The notes under the pieces were generated by a model. The model made no database searches and was not told the origin of the DNA. It saw nothing but the letters and a program-made list of their open reading frames with translations. From positions 3,092 through 67,091 of the forward strand of contig CANRNR010000008.1 in assembly GCA_947632035.1 (NCBI GenBank): 64,000 nucleotides of DNA, read 5' to 3'. Source of the stretch: an uncultured Clostridia bacterium. GTDB taxonomy: Bacteria; Bacillota; Clostridia; TANB77; CAG-508. A program made the position numbers and the translations under genes. Of this stretch, positions 10,230-19,990 are shown in pieces (positions within the stretch are counted from its first letter, which is position 1; every line of letters starts with the position of its first letter).

Positions 10230-10400
10230 TTACTTTGAAGAATCGACCTTTTCAGGCGCAAGCCTGCGAGACTGCAGAATAGTTGCAATCTGGTGCTTGA
10301 TTCGAGATAATTCTCTTACTTTTTTATCCCGAAGATCTTCAAGTTCCTCCAAAGACATTTTTGAAAGGTCAGATTCTTTGACCTCCAAAATTTTAAACAT
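10230..10400 (-). CDS. Small coiled-coil hypothetical protein (56 aa)
   Basis: ATG 10400 after AAAGGAGG; followed by a terminator; DLSKMSLEELEDL heptad pattern. Confidence 0.6.
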   Translation of the reverse strand: MFKILEVKESDLSKMSLEELEDLRDKKVRELSRIKHQIATILQSRRLAPEKVDSSK

Positions 10401-11142
10401 AGGTTGTACCTCCTTTGATGTAATAAACATATTATAACATAATTAATAGAAAAAAGCAAAACCTTAAAAATTGACAAAAATGAATATATACAGAAATAAA
10501 ACTTAAAAGTCTATACAAAAATAAAGTTATATAAGAATAGTAAATCATGAAAAATTTAAATTTTTAAAGAAGACATATAACTAAAAACACGAAGAAAAAC
10601 CAAACCAAAATGACAACGACAAAAAATAAAAGAAAAATAAAATTATTTTTTTGAAAAAACAACATTAAAAAATAGCAATTTTAAAATAATTATTTTTTCA
10701 AAAAACTCAAAAATTAACACAAAAAATGAAATGGTAAAACACATAAAAACATTGAAAACAAAATAAAAACGAAAAAATAACAATAAAAATTTTACCTTAA
10801 AAATGAAAAAAATAAAAAAATCATTTTTTAAAAAACACTAAATTTTAAAACAAAAATTATTTATGTCATTTTCTTTAAAAAATATTTGACTTTTTCTAGT
10901 ATTATCAACAAAAATAAGAACAAAGGGCGAACAAAAAACAGGAGAAAATACTTAAATTAACGTATTTTTAACAAAAATGTAACAAAATTGTAATATTTCT
11001 TTTATACAAAAATGAAAGTCATAAAACAGGTAAAAAAGCCATCAAAAATTGACTGAAAAGCAACACATAAACTTTTTGCCAACAACTTGAAACAGGCTTG
11101 ATATAAACCAAAACTGGCAATAGATACATAAAAAGTAGATGC

Positions 11143-11171
11143 TTGACAATATTAAAATCTTAGATTAAGAT
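11143..11171 (+). promoter_or_regulatory. Sigma-A type promoter of nrdD
   Basis: TTGACA (11143-11148), 17 nt, TAAGAT (11166-11171). Confidence 0.65.
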
Positions 11172-11297
11172 TATATCATAAAACAATTGCGATGTGGCAA
11201 ATCAAAAGCCATTTAAGTAATTTCAAATGAAAATGATAATGTAAGTAATCTAAAAAATAGATTATAAAATTACATGCAAATAGGGGGGTACAAAAAT

Positions 11298-13490
11298 ATG
11301 GAAGTAATAAAGAGGGATGGAAGAAAAGTAGATTTTGACAGAACAAAAATATCTGCAGCTATTGGAAAAGCAAATGCAGAAGTAAGACCAAAAGAAAGAG
11401 CAACAAAAGAAGAGATTGACGATATTATTGATTATATATTAGGTCTAGATAAAAAGAGAATTTTAGTAGAAGATATCCAAGATATTATAGAAGAAAAATT
11501 AATGGAAATAGATAGATATGCATTAGCTAAGAAATATATCACATATCGTTATACAAGAGCATTAGTTAGAAAAGCTAATACGACAGATCAATCTATCAAA
11601 GAATTGATTGATGGAGAAAGTGAATATTGGAATAATGAAAATTCTAATAAAAATGCTAAAGTTGTTACAACTCAAAGAGATTATTTAGCAGGAATTACAA
11701 GTACAGATATTACAAGAAGATTCTTATTAGATAAAGATATTGTAGAAGCACATGATGAAGGAATTATCCACTTCCATGATGCAGACTATTTTGCACAAAA
11801 TGCCCTAACAAACTGCGAGCTTATCAACCTAGATGATATGCTACAAAATGGAACAATCATGAATGGTGTAATGATAGAAAAACCACATAGATTTTTAACA
11901 GCTATGACAATAGCAACACAAATAATCTTAGGTGTTACTTCATCTACTTATGGTGGAGCTACAGTATCACTTACTCACGTAGCACCATTTGTAAGAAGCA
12001 GTTATGAAAGATATTATAAAAAATACAAAGATAGAGGTTTATCAGAACTTCAATGTATAGAATACGCAAAACAAGATACTAAAAAAGAAGTATCTGATGG
12101 TGTACAAACTTTCAATTATCAAGTAAATTCTATGACAAACACAAATGGACAAGCCCCATTCCTATCAGTTTGTATGTACTTAGGTGAAACAGAAGAATAC
12201 AAAGAAGAATTAGCAATGATAATTGAAGAATTCTTAAAACAAAGAATAGAAGGCTTCAAAAATGAAAAAGGTGTATATATTACACCAGCATTCCCAAAAC
12301 TACTATATGTACTAGAACCAGATAACATCACAGAAGACAGCAAATATTGGTACTTAACAGAGCTTGCAGCAAAATGTACTGCAAAAAGATTAGTACCAGA
12401 CTATATCTCTGAAAAGAAAATGTTAGAATTCAAGATAGATAAAAATGGAAACGGAAATTGCTACCCATGCATGGGATGCCGTTCATTCCTAACACCATAT
12501 GTTGATCCAGAAACAAATAAACCAAAATACTATGGAAGATTTAATCAAGGTGTTGTAACAATCAACTTAGTAGATGTTGCATTATCTTCAAAACAAGATA
12601 TGGATAAATTCTGGAAGATTTATGAAGAAAGATTAGAGTTATGCCATAGAGCATTACAAGCAAGACATGAAAGACTAAGCAAAGTAACAAGTGATGTTGC
12701 CCCAATACTATGGCAACATGGAGCACTTGCTAGATTACCAAAGGGCGCAAGCATTCATGAATTATTACATAATGGATATTCAACAATTTCACTTGGATAT
12801 GCAGGATTATATGAATGCGTAAAATACATGACAGGAAATAGCCATACAGATAATGGAGAAGGAAAAGATTTTGCATTAAAAGTAATGCAAAAATTAAATG
12901 ACAAATGCAAAGAATGGAAAGAAGCAGAAAAAATTGATTATAGTGTTTATGGAACACCAATCGAATCTACAACATACAAATTTGCAAAATGCTTAAAGAA
13001 GAGATTCGGAGTAATAGAGGGAATTACAGATAGAAACTATATTACAAACTCTTACCACATCCCTGTATTCGAAGAAATAGACGCATTTTCTAAATTAAAA
13101 ATAGAAAGTGAATTCCAAAGATTAAGCCCAGGTGGAGCTATATCATATGTAGAAACACCTAACTTACAAAACAACTTAGAAGCAGTAATACAAATTATTA
13201 AGTTCATTTATGACAATATCATGTATGCAGAATTAAATACAAAATCAGATTATTGCCAAAAATGTGGATTTGATGGAGAGATACTAATCGATGAAAATCT
13301 AGAATGGTATTGTCCAAACTGTGGAAACAGAGACCATGACACATTAAATGTAGCAAGAAGAACATGTGGATACATAGGAAGTCAATTCTGGAACAAAGGA
13401 AGAACACAAGAGATTAAGGAAAGAGTACTACATGTTGATAACAAAGATGCTGAAGTTCCAGATATACAAGAGACTAAAAAAGCAGTTTAA
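11298..13490 (+). CDS. nrdD: Anaerobic (class III) ribonucleoside-triphosphate reductase with N-terminal ATP cone
   Basis: VIKRDGRKVDFD..KI ATP cone, IHFHD, MGCRS, CxxC...CxxC zinc site, RRTCGYI glycyl-radical motif; ATG 11298 after GGGGGG. Confidence 0.96.
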   Translation: MEVIKRDGRKVDFDRTKISAAIGKANAEVRPKERATKEEIDDIIDYILGLDKKRILVEDIQDIIEEKLMEIDRYALAKKYITYRYTRALVRKANTTDQSIKELIDGESEYWNNENSNKNAKVVTTQRDYLAGITSTDITRRFLLDKDIVEAHDEGIIHFHDADYFAQNALTNCELINLDDMLQNGTIMNGVMIEKPHRFLTAMTIATQIILGVTSSTYGGATVSLTHVAPFVRSSYERYYKKYKDRGLSELQCIEYAKQDTKKEVSDGVQTFNYQVNSMTNTNGQAPFLSVCMYLGETEEYKEELAMIIEEFLKQRIEGFKNEKGVYITPAFPKLLYVLEPDNITEDSKYWYLTELAAKCTAKRLVPDYISEKKMLEFKIDKNGNGNCYPCMGCRSFLTPYVDPETNKPKYYGRFNQGVVTINLVDVALSSKQDMDKFWKIYEERLELCHRALQARHERLSKVTSDVAPILWQHGALARLPKGASIHELLHNGYSTISLGYAGLYECVKYMTGNSHTDNGEGKDFALKVMQKLNDKCKEWKEAEKIDYSVYGTPIESTTYKFAKCLKKRFGVIEGITDRNYITNSYHIPVFEEIDAFSKLKIESEFQRLSPGGAISYVETPNLQNNLEAVIQIIKFIYDNIMYAELNTKSDYCQKCGFDGEILIDENLEWYCPNCGNRDHDTLNVARRTCGYIGSQFWNKGRTQEIKERVLHVDNKDAEVPDIQETKKAV

Positions 13491-13870
13491 AACACACAAG
13501 AAACTTTAAAATACAAAGAAACTAAAGAAGCCATTTAAAGCACATTAGAAAAATAACAAATGATTTCTTTATAAACAAAAGTATAAATAAGAGATTTGAT
13601 AGATACAAATGAAAAATGTAAATAAGAAATTAATGTATCTAAAAAATACTAAATGATAATCACAAACGACAAACTAAAAGTAATATAAAAAAGATAAAAT
13701 AAAATGCAAATATAATTAAGCTTAAAGCCTTAACATTATATTTGCATTTTAAAAGTTATAATGACTTATAAATATAAAAATAACATTTTTGGCTGATTTT
13801 AAATGCAGTTATAAATCATAACTTTTAAGAGCTAAAAATTACGTAGATATAAAAAGAGGGGAAAACGAAA

Positions 13871-14377
13871 ATGAGATACAATAAAATAAGAAAAATGGAT
13901 ATTTCAAATGGACCAGGAGTAAGAGTTTCAATTTTTATGCAAGGATGTACATTTAACTGTAAAGGTTGCTTTAATCCTGAAACTCATGACTTTAATGGGG
14001 GAAAAGAATTTACAGGTGAAACAATAAATGAAGTATTAGATTTAGCAAATGATGATAATATTAAGGGATTATCAATACTTGGTGGAGAACCAATGCATCC
14101 AACCAATATAGATGGAACAACTAAACTTGCAAGAGCCTTCAAAGAAAGATATCCAAATAAAAATATTTGGGTATGGACAGGCTTTTTATTTGATAAAGAT
14201 TTAAAAGGTAAAGATGTGTTAAACTACATAGATGTTTTAGTAGATGGTCAATTTGTTGAAGCACAAAAAGACCCAAGACTAAAATATAGCGGTTCATCAA
14301 ATCAGAGAGTAATAGATGTACAAAAAAGTTTAAATACAAATGAAATAGTAGAAATATCAAATAAAAATAAAAATTAA
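13871..14377 (+). CDS. nrdG: Anaerobic RNR activating protein (radical SAM)
   Basis: NGPGVRVSIFMQGCTFNCKGCFN (CxxxCxxC), GGEP, DVLVDG, GSSNQRVID. Confidence 0.96.
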   Translation: MRYNKIRKMDISNGPGVRVSIFMQGCTFNCKGCFNPETHDFNGGKEFTGETINEVLDLANDDNIKGLSILGGEPMHPTNIDGTTKLARAFKERYPNKNIWVWTGFLFDKDLKGKDVLNYIDVLVDGQFVEAQKDPRLKYSGSSNQRVIDVQKSLNTNEIVEISNKNKN

Positions 14378-14388
14378 AGGGGGAAAAA

Positions 14389-15337
14389 ATGAATAGTATT
14401 AAAATTTTTGCATGTCCTACAGCTGAGAATTTTACAAAAGAAATTTGTGAAACTTTAGATTTGCCAATGGGAAAGGTAGAAAGCTATAAGTTTGCAAATG
14501 ATAACAATTTTGTACAGTTTAAAGAAACTGTAAGAGAGCAAGACATTTACATAGTGCAGACAACAGAACCACCAGTAAATGAAAGAATTATGGAACTATT
14601 AATAATGATAGATGCAGCTAAAAGAGCATCTGCTAGAAGAATAAACATTGTATTTCCATACTTTATCTATTCAAGGTCAGACAAAAAAGACCAACCACGT
14701 GTACCAGTAACAGCAAGACTACTTGCAGAACTTTTAGAAGCAGCACGGAGCAAGTAGAGTAATCACATGCGACTTACATAACCCAGCAATTCAAGCATAT
14801 TTTAACATACCATGTGATAGGCTAACAGGACAACACATTTTGCAGGCATACTTTGATGAAAAACAAATTAAAGACAAAGTAGTAGTTGCAACAGATGCAG
14901 GAAGTTCAAAAAAAGCATATAAATACTCTACATATTTTAATTGCCCAATGGCATTAATAGACAAAAGAAGAACTGGAAATGATGACAATGCAAAAGCAGC
15001 AAACATTATAGGAGATGTAAAAGGAAAAACTGCCCTTATCTTTGATGATGAAGTAAGCACAGCAGGAACTATGGTAGAGGCAGCTAAAATACTAGAAGAA
15101 CATGGAGTAAAAGAAATTTATGCAGGATGCACACATGGAATACTATGTGGACCAGCTATTGAAAGAATAAAAAATTCTCCCATAAAAGAATTAGTAATTA
15201 CAAACACAGTACCACTTCCTAAAGAAAAACAAATAGAAAAGATAAAAGTTGTATCAATAGCACCATTATTTGCAGAAGCAATAAAACGTGTAAATGAAGC
15301 AAAACCATTAGGAGATTTATTTGAGTTTGATAAATAG
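14389..15337 (+). CDS. prs: Ribose-phosphate pyrophosphokinase (315 aa if the extra C at 14746 is skipped)
   Basis: MELLIMIDAAKRASA, PYF.YSR.DKK, then LEAA-GA.RVIT.DLH only through GCA c GGA; DKRR, IIGDVKGK, DDEVSTAGT, THG, TNTVP in the second frame. Confidence 0.93.
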
Positions 15338-15359
15338 ATGGAAAAATTTACTTTAAATA

Positions 15360-15389
15360 TTGACAAACTACACTAATATCGAGTATAAT
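15360..15389 (+). promoter_or_regulatory. Consensus sigma-A promoter of rpsU
   Basis: TTGACA (15360-15365), 18 nt, TATAAT (15384-15389). Confidence 0.7.
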
Positions 15390-15468
15390 ACTTTATGTAT
15401 TAAAAAATACATATATTTAGAAAATCCCACACGTTAGAGTGTAACTACTGAAGGGAGGGGAACAAAAA

Positions 15469-15639
15469 ATGTCAGAAGTTAAAGTTAATAATGGAAATAT
15501 AGAAGATGCCTTAAAAAGATTTAAAAGACAATGTGCTAGAAACGGCGTACTACAAGAAGTTAGAAAAAGAGAACATTATGAAAAACCAAGCGTAAGAAGA
15601 AAGAAAAAATCAGAGGCAGCTAGAAAGAGAAAATTCTAA
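15469..15639 (+). CDS. rpsU: 30S ribosomal protein S21 (absent from the ORF track, 56 aa)
   Basis: Manual translation [64 protein letters not shown]; followed by yqeY. Confidence 0.96.
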   Translation: MSEVKVNNGNIEDALKRFKRQCARNGVLQEVRKREHYEKPSVRRKKKSEAARKRKF

Positions 15640-15718
15640 GAAATTGGAGGGATTAAAAGTTATGTAAAATAATTTTTAATCCTTTTTGTTTTAATATTTT
15701 ATAAAGGAGGAAAACCAT

Positions 15719-16159
15719 ATGTTAAAAGAAAAATTATTAGAAGATTTAAAAAATTCAATGAAGGACAAAAACAATTTAAGAAAAAATGTAATACAAATGG
15801 TAAGAGCAGCAATTTTACAAGTAGAAAAAGATAAGCAAATAGAGGTTACAGATGATCAAATTATAGATATAATTGCAAAAGAAGCTAAAAAAAGAAAAGA
15901 CTCTATACCAGATTATGAAAAAAGTGGAAGAGAAGATTTATTAAGTCAAATAAAAGATGAAATTGCCATTCTAGAAGAATATTTGCCAGAGCAATTATCA
16001 CCAGAGGAAATTGAAGAAAAAGTAAAAGCAATTATAGCTAGCTTAGGTGCAAGCACTATGAAAGACATGGGAATGGTTATGAAAAAAGCCAAAGAAGAGC
16101 TAGGTGCAAGTGCTGATGGTAAAACAATAAATGAAGTTGCAAAAAAATTATTAAGTTAA
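15719..16159 (+). CDS. yqeY: GatB/YqeY domain protein
   Basis: LKEKL..DLK..MK.K, KKRKDSI..Y...GREDL, YLPEQLS, MKDMG.VMK, ADGK; rpsU-yqeY synteny. Confidence 0.92.
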   Translation: MLKEKLLEDLKNSMKDKNNLRKNVIQMVRAAILQVEKDKQIEVTDDQIIDIIAKEAKKRKDSIPDYEKSGREDLLSQIKDEIAILEEYLPEQLSPEEIEEKVKAIIASLGASTMKDMGMVMKKAKEELGASADGKTINEVAKKLLS

Positions 16160-16186
16160 TTATATAATTTATATAAAAATAGGAAA

Positions 16187-17950
16187 GTGGAAGTCATGAA
16201 AGAAGCAAACAAAAATAATATTAATGAAAAAGATATAACTATAAAGGAAATAAAAGAGAAAAGAGAAAAAAAGAAAAAAGAAACTAAAATGAAATTTCAT
16301 ATTTTAGCATTTTTTTGTATTTTAATATTTTGCTTTTCGCTAACGCCAATAACCTTCCAAAATGATACGTATTATAGCATTGCAATAGGTGAACATATAG
16401 TGGAAACAAAAACAATTGATATGCAAGATTCGTTTTCATGGCATGAAAATTTACCATACACATATCCACATTGGCTATATGATGTAGGTACGTATTTAAT
16501 ATATAACTTAGGTGAAACTATAGGCATAGGTGGATTTTGTGCATTATACATTAGTACTATTTTATTTGCGATGATTTTAGGACTAACTATATATTATACA
16601 GCAAATAAATTATGCAAAAATCCTGTAGTATCGTTTTTAATTACATTTGCAATAATGTATTTACTAAAAGACTTCATTACAGCTAGGGCACAGTTAGTAA
16701 CTTACATTTTATTTGTATTAACGGTACTATTTATTGAACAATTTATAAAAACAAAGAAGAAGAGATATATAGTCTATTTATTAATAATTCCAATATTAAT
16801 TGCAAACCTTCATTGTGCAGTATGGCCATTTTACTTTATACTATTCTTACCTTATATAGCAGAATATTTACTTGTAACTATAAATGATGCATATTTGTAT
16901 TATACACTTAGAATTAAATGGAAAGAATGGAGATTAAAAAAGATTACCAAAAAAGGTGATTTAGAGGAAATAGGTAAAAAACAAGAAGAAATTGCACATC
17001 TACAATTAGACAAAGAAAATGCAATTAAGATGACAGAAAAGAGAAGAGAAAAGGCCTACAAAGTAATTTTCAAAAAAGAACCAGCAGTTAAATGGCTTAT
17101 TATAGTAGTAATAATTTCTATATTAACAGGATTACTTACACCACTTGGAACAGTTCCATACACATATTTAATAAAAACAATGCAAGGAAACACAGTTGAT
17201 AATATAAGTGAGCATCAACCATTAGTTTTAATAAGAAATACTACGATATTATTTGTATTTGCAATATATTTATTATTATTTATTTTTACAGATACAAAAG
17301 CAAGGTTAAGAGATTTCTTCATGATTGCAGGGCTTACTTTATTAGCATTTATGTCTATACGTCATACAGCATTATTTGCAATTTTTGGTGGACTTATATT
17401 TGCAAAGTTAGCTACAAGCCTAGTTGAAAAATACGATAAAGAAGGAACAGAAAACTTAATGAAATTTACTACGATGTTTTTAGGAAAAGTTTTAACTGTT
17501 TTAATTGTAATTTTATTAAGTATTTTAATGTATAAAAATAAAATAGGCAATAAATATGTAAATACTAGTTCATATCCAGTAGAAGCAGCAGACTACATTT
17601 TAGAAAATTTGGATATAGAAAACATAAGATTATTTAATGAATATAATTATGGAAGTTATTTATTATTTAGAGGAATACCAGTATTTATAGATTCTAGAGC
17701 AGACTTATACTCACCAGAATTTAATGGTGTAAAAAATGCAGAAGGAAAATATGATGGTAGAGATATATTTACAGATTATATAAATACATCAACAATAGGA
17801 AATTATTATGAAGATGAAATGGAAAAATATAATATTACACATGTTATTATTGGAAAGAAATCAAAGTTAAATATATTCTTATCAAGAGATACTAATTATA
17901 TGGAACTATATGCAGATAATGATTTTGTAATATATCAAAGAAATAGATAA
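16187..17950 (+). CDS. Polytopic membrane protein, GT-C-like glycosyltransferase candidate
   Basis: Many TM segments; ND.YY.I..GE.I...D.FSW...Y.YPHWLYD, ANLH, FNEYNYGSYL...PVFIDSRADLY motifs. Family assignment is inference; the start may be ATG 16197. Confidence 0.6.
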   Translation: MEVMKEANKNNINEKDITIKEIKEKREKKKKETKMKFHILAFFCILIFCFSLTPITFQNDTYYSIAIGEHIVETKTIDMQDSFSWHENLPYTYPHWLYDVGTYLIYNLGETIGIGGFCALYISTILFAMILGLTIYYTANKLCKNPVVSFLITFAIMYLLKDFITARAQLVTYILFVLTVLFIEQFIKTKKKRYIVYLLIIPILIANLHCAVWPFYFILFLPYIAEYLLVTINDAYLYYTLRIKWKEWRLKKITKKGDLEEIGKKQEEIAHLQLDKENAIKMTEKRREKAYKVIFKKEPAVKWLIIVVIISILTGLLTPLGTVPYTYLIKTMQGNTVDNISEHQPLVLIRNTTILFVFAIYLLLFIFTDTKARLRDFFMIAGLTLLAFMSIRHTALFAIFGGLIFAKLATSLVEKYDKEGTENLMKFTTMFLGKVLTVLIVILLSILMYKNKIGNKYVNTSSYPVEAADYILENLDIENIRLFNEYNYGSYLLFRGIPVFIDSRADLYSPEFNGVKNAEGKYDGRDIFTDYINTSTIGNYYEDEMEKYNITHVIIGKKSKLNIFLSRDTNYMELYADNDFVIYQRNR

Positions 17951-18088
17951 AACAATGAAGTGAAAAAAATCAGAAACTAAATAAGAAAGATAAATCAAAA
18001 TAATAAAGTAGTAGAAATAAATTATAAAAATAAATAAAAAGCATAGTAAATCAGAATGAATAAAGTAAAAAGGAAAAAATAAAATAAA

Positions 18089-19006
18089 ATGATCGAGCAA
18101 GAAATAAAAGTAGTAGAGATAGGAAACCAAAAAAGATTAGACCAATATATAGCACAAAATAAAAGTGACCTATCTCGTACTATGATTAAAAAATTAATAG
18201 AAGAGAAGCTAATTACTGTAAACGGAAAAAATGTAAAAACATCATATACAGTACAAGTAGGTGATATTATAAAAATAGTAGTGCCAGAAGCTAAAGAAAC
18301 AAAACTAGAAGCACAAGATATACCACTTAGCATTGTATATGAAGATAATGACATAATAGTAGTAAATAAGCCAAAGGGAATGGTAGTACACCCTGCAGTT
18401 GGAAATCCAGATGGAACTTTAGTAAATGCAATTATGGCACATTGTAAAGAGAATTTATCAGGAATAGGCGGAGAGCTAAGGCCAGGAATAGTACATAGAT
18501 TAGATAAAGACACCTCAGGCCTTTTAATTGTAGCCAAAAACGATAAGGCACATATTGCGATAAGTAATCAAATACAAAATAGAGAAGTTAAAAAAGTATA
18601 TCTAGCATTAGTAAGAGGAAATGTACCTGAAGATGAGGCAACTATTAATATGCCAATAGGAAGAAGTACAAAAGATAGAAAGAAAATGGCAGTTACTAAA
18701 AATGGTAAAAATGCGATTACACATTTTAAAGTATTAGAACGATTTGGAAATTATACATTTTTAGAAGTTAGAATAGAAACTGGTAGAACACATCAAATTA
18801 GAGTACATATGTCAGAAATAGGACACCCTGTTGTAGGAGATATGGTTTATTCAAATGGAAAAAACGAATTTGGTGTAGAAGGGCAAATGTTACATGCTAA
18901 AAGCTTAACATTTAAACATCCTACAACTGGTAAACTTTTAAACTTAGAAGCACCTTTACCAGAATATTTCGAAGATGTTTTAAATTTGCTAAGAAAGGAG
19001 AAATAA
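18089..19006 (+). CDS. rluD: RluA/RluD family pseudouridine synthase with S4 domain
   Basis: RLDQY..SR..IK S4 domain; VNKPKGMVVHP, IVHRLDKDTSG, TGRTHQIRVH, GHPVVGD..Y. Confidence 0.92.
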   Translation: MIEQEIKVVEIGNQKRLDQYIAQNKSDLSRTMIKKLIEEKLITVNGKNVKTSYTVQVGDIIKIVVPEAKETKLEAQDIPLSIVYEDNDIIVVNKPKGMVVHPAVGNPDGTLVNAIMAHCKENLSGIGGELRPGIVHRLDKDTSGLLIVAKNDKAHIAISNQIQNREVKKVYLALVRGNVPEDEATINMPIGRSTKDRKKMAVTKNGKNAITHFKVLERFGNYTFLEVRIETGRTHQIRVHMSEIGHPVVGDMVYSNGKNEFGVEGQMLHAKSLTFKHPTTGKLLNLEAPLPEYFEDVLNLLRKEK

Positions 19007-19025
19007 TTTGCTTAAATTTATTTAA

Positions 19026-19130
19026 TAAAATATAGTGACTTTTCGTGCGATTTGCTGTCGCACCATAAAGGTGCTCCAAACGCGCTTCGCTTGAACGCTG
19101 CGCATCGCTACTCAAAGTTACTATATTTTA
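19026..19130. repeat. GC-rich structured intergenic element, copy 1
   Basis: 17-bp outer stem (one G-T pair); 32-nt core 19073-19104 identical to 21064-21095. Confidence 0.85.
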
Positions 19131-19163
19131 TAAAAAATAATTAGTAAATAATTAAAAGTTATA

Positions 19164-19898
19164 ATGGAAGAACGATTACAAAAATTTTTAGCAAATCAAG
19201 GAATATGCTCTAGAAGGAAAGCAGAAGAATATATTTTAGATGGCAAAGTTAAAGTAAATGGTAAAATAGTAAATACACTTGGAACTAAAATAGATACTGA
19301 AAAAGATGAAATAGAATTTGAAGGTAGAGTGGTTAAAAATCAAACTACCAAAATATATATTTTACTAAATAAACCAATAGGCTATGTTACAACAGTAAAA
19401 GACCAATTTGGAAGACCTACTGTAATGGAACTTTTAAAAGAAAAAGGAAGGTCAATAAAGGCAAGTGTAGTGCCAGTAGGAAGGCTAGATATGTACACAT
19501 CAGGTGCATTACTTTTAAGCAATGATGGGGATTTTGTATATCAAATAACCCATCCAAAACATGAAATAGATAAAACTTATCAAGTTACATTAAAAGGTGA
19601 AATAACGGAAAAAGAAGTAGAAAGTTTAAGAAGCGGAGTAGATATAGGAGATTATATAACCAAAGAAGCAAATGTAAGAATAATGAAAATAGATAAAGAA
19701 AAGCAAATTTCAAGGGTAGAAATAACCATACATGAAGGAAAAAATAGACAAGTAAGGCGTATGTGCGAAGCAATAGGAAAAAAAGTATTGGCATTACATA
19801 GAAGTAAGATAGGTAATATTTCTGTAAAGGATTTAAAACTAGGAACATGGAGATACTTAACTGAAAGTGAAGTCAAAAATTTGCTTTTTAGCAAATAA
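19164..19898 (+). CDS. rluB: RsuA/RluB family pseudouridine synthase
   Basis: ERLQKFLA..GICSRRKAEE, LNKP.GYVTT, PVGRLD, EGKNRQVRRMC. Confidence 0.9.
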   Translation: MEERLQKFLANQGICSRRKAEEYILDGKVKVNGKIVNTLGTKIDTEKDEIEFEGRVVKNQTTKIYILLNKPIGYVTTVKDQFGRPTVMELLKEKGRSIKASVVPVGRLDMYTSGALLLSNDGDFVYQITHPKHEIDKTYQVTLKGEITEKEVESLRSGVDIGDYITKEANVRIMKIDKEKQISRVEITIHEGKNRQVRRMCEAIGKKVLALHRSKIGNISVKDLKLGTWRYLTESEVKNLLFSK

Positions 19899-19990
19899 TA
19901 TGTTAACATAGTATATGTCATCAAGAAAGAAACAAGAGGAATAATAGAATATTTTAATCTTTGATTCAAGATTAGAGGAGGAAATAAAGA

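Noticed and set aside
10440..11140. Long A-rich intergenic region as a possible origin or ncRNA
   Set aside because: No DnaA-box cluster, stable structure or ORF recognised; divergent promoter region.
14389..15337. Calling comM, the permease, prs and the adhesin ordinary pseudogenes or homopolymer errors
   Set aside because: I saw no other lesions in these genes, the extra base is not in a homopolymer run, and all five events are the same C before a Gly codon. A systematic base-calling artefact remains possible and is listed as a refutation test.
19026..19130. tRNA or tRNA fragment for the GC-rich element
   Set aside because: No cloverleaf, no T-loop GTTCRA, no CCA end; outer stems too long and variable.
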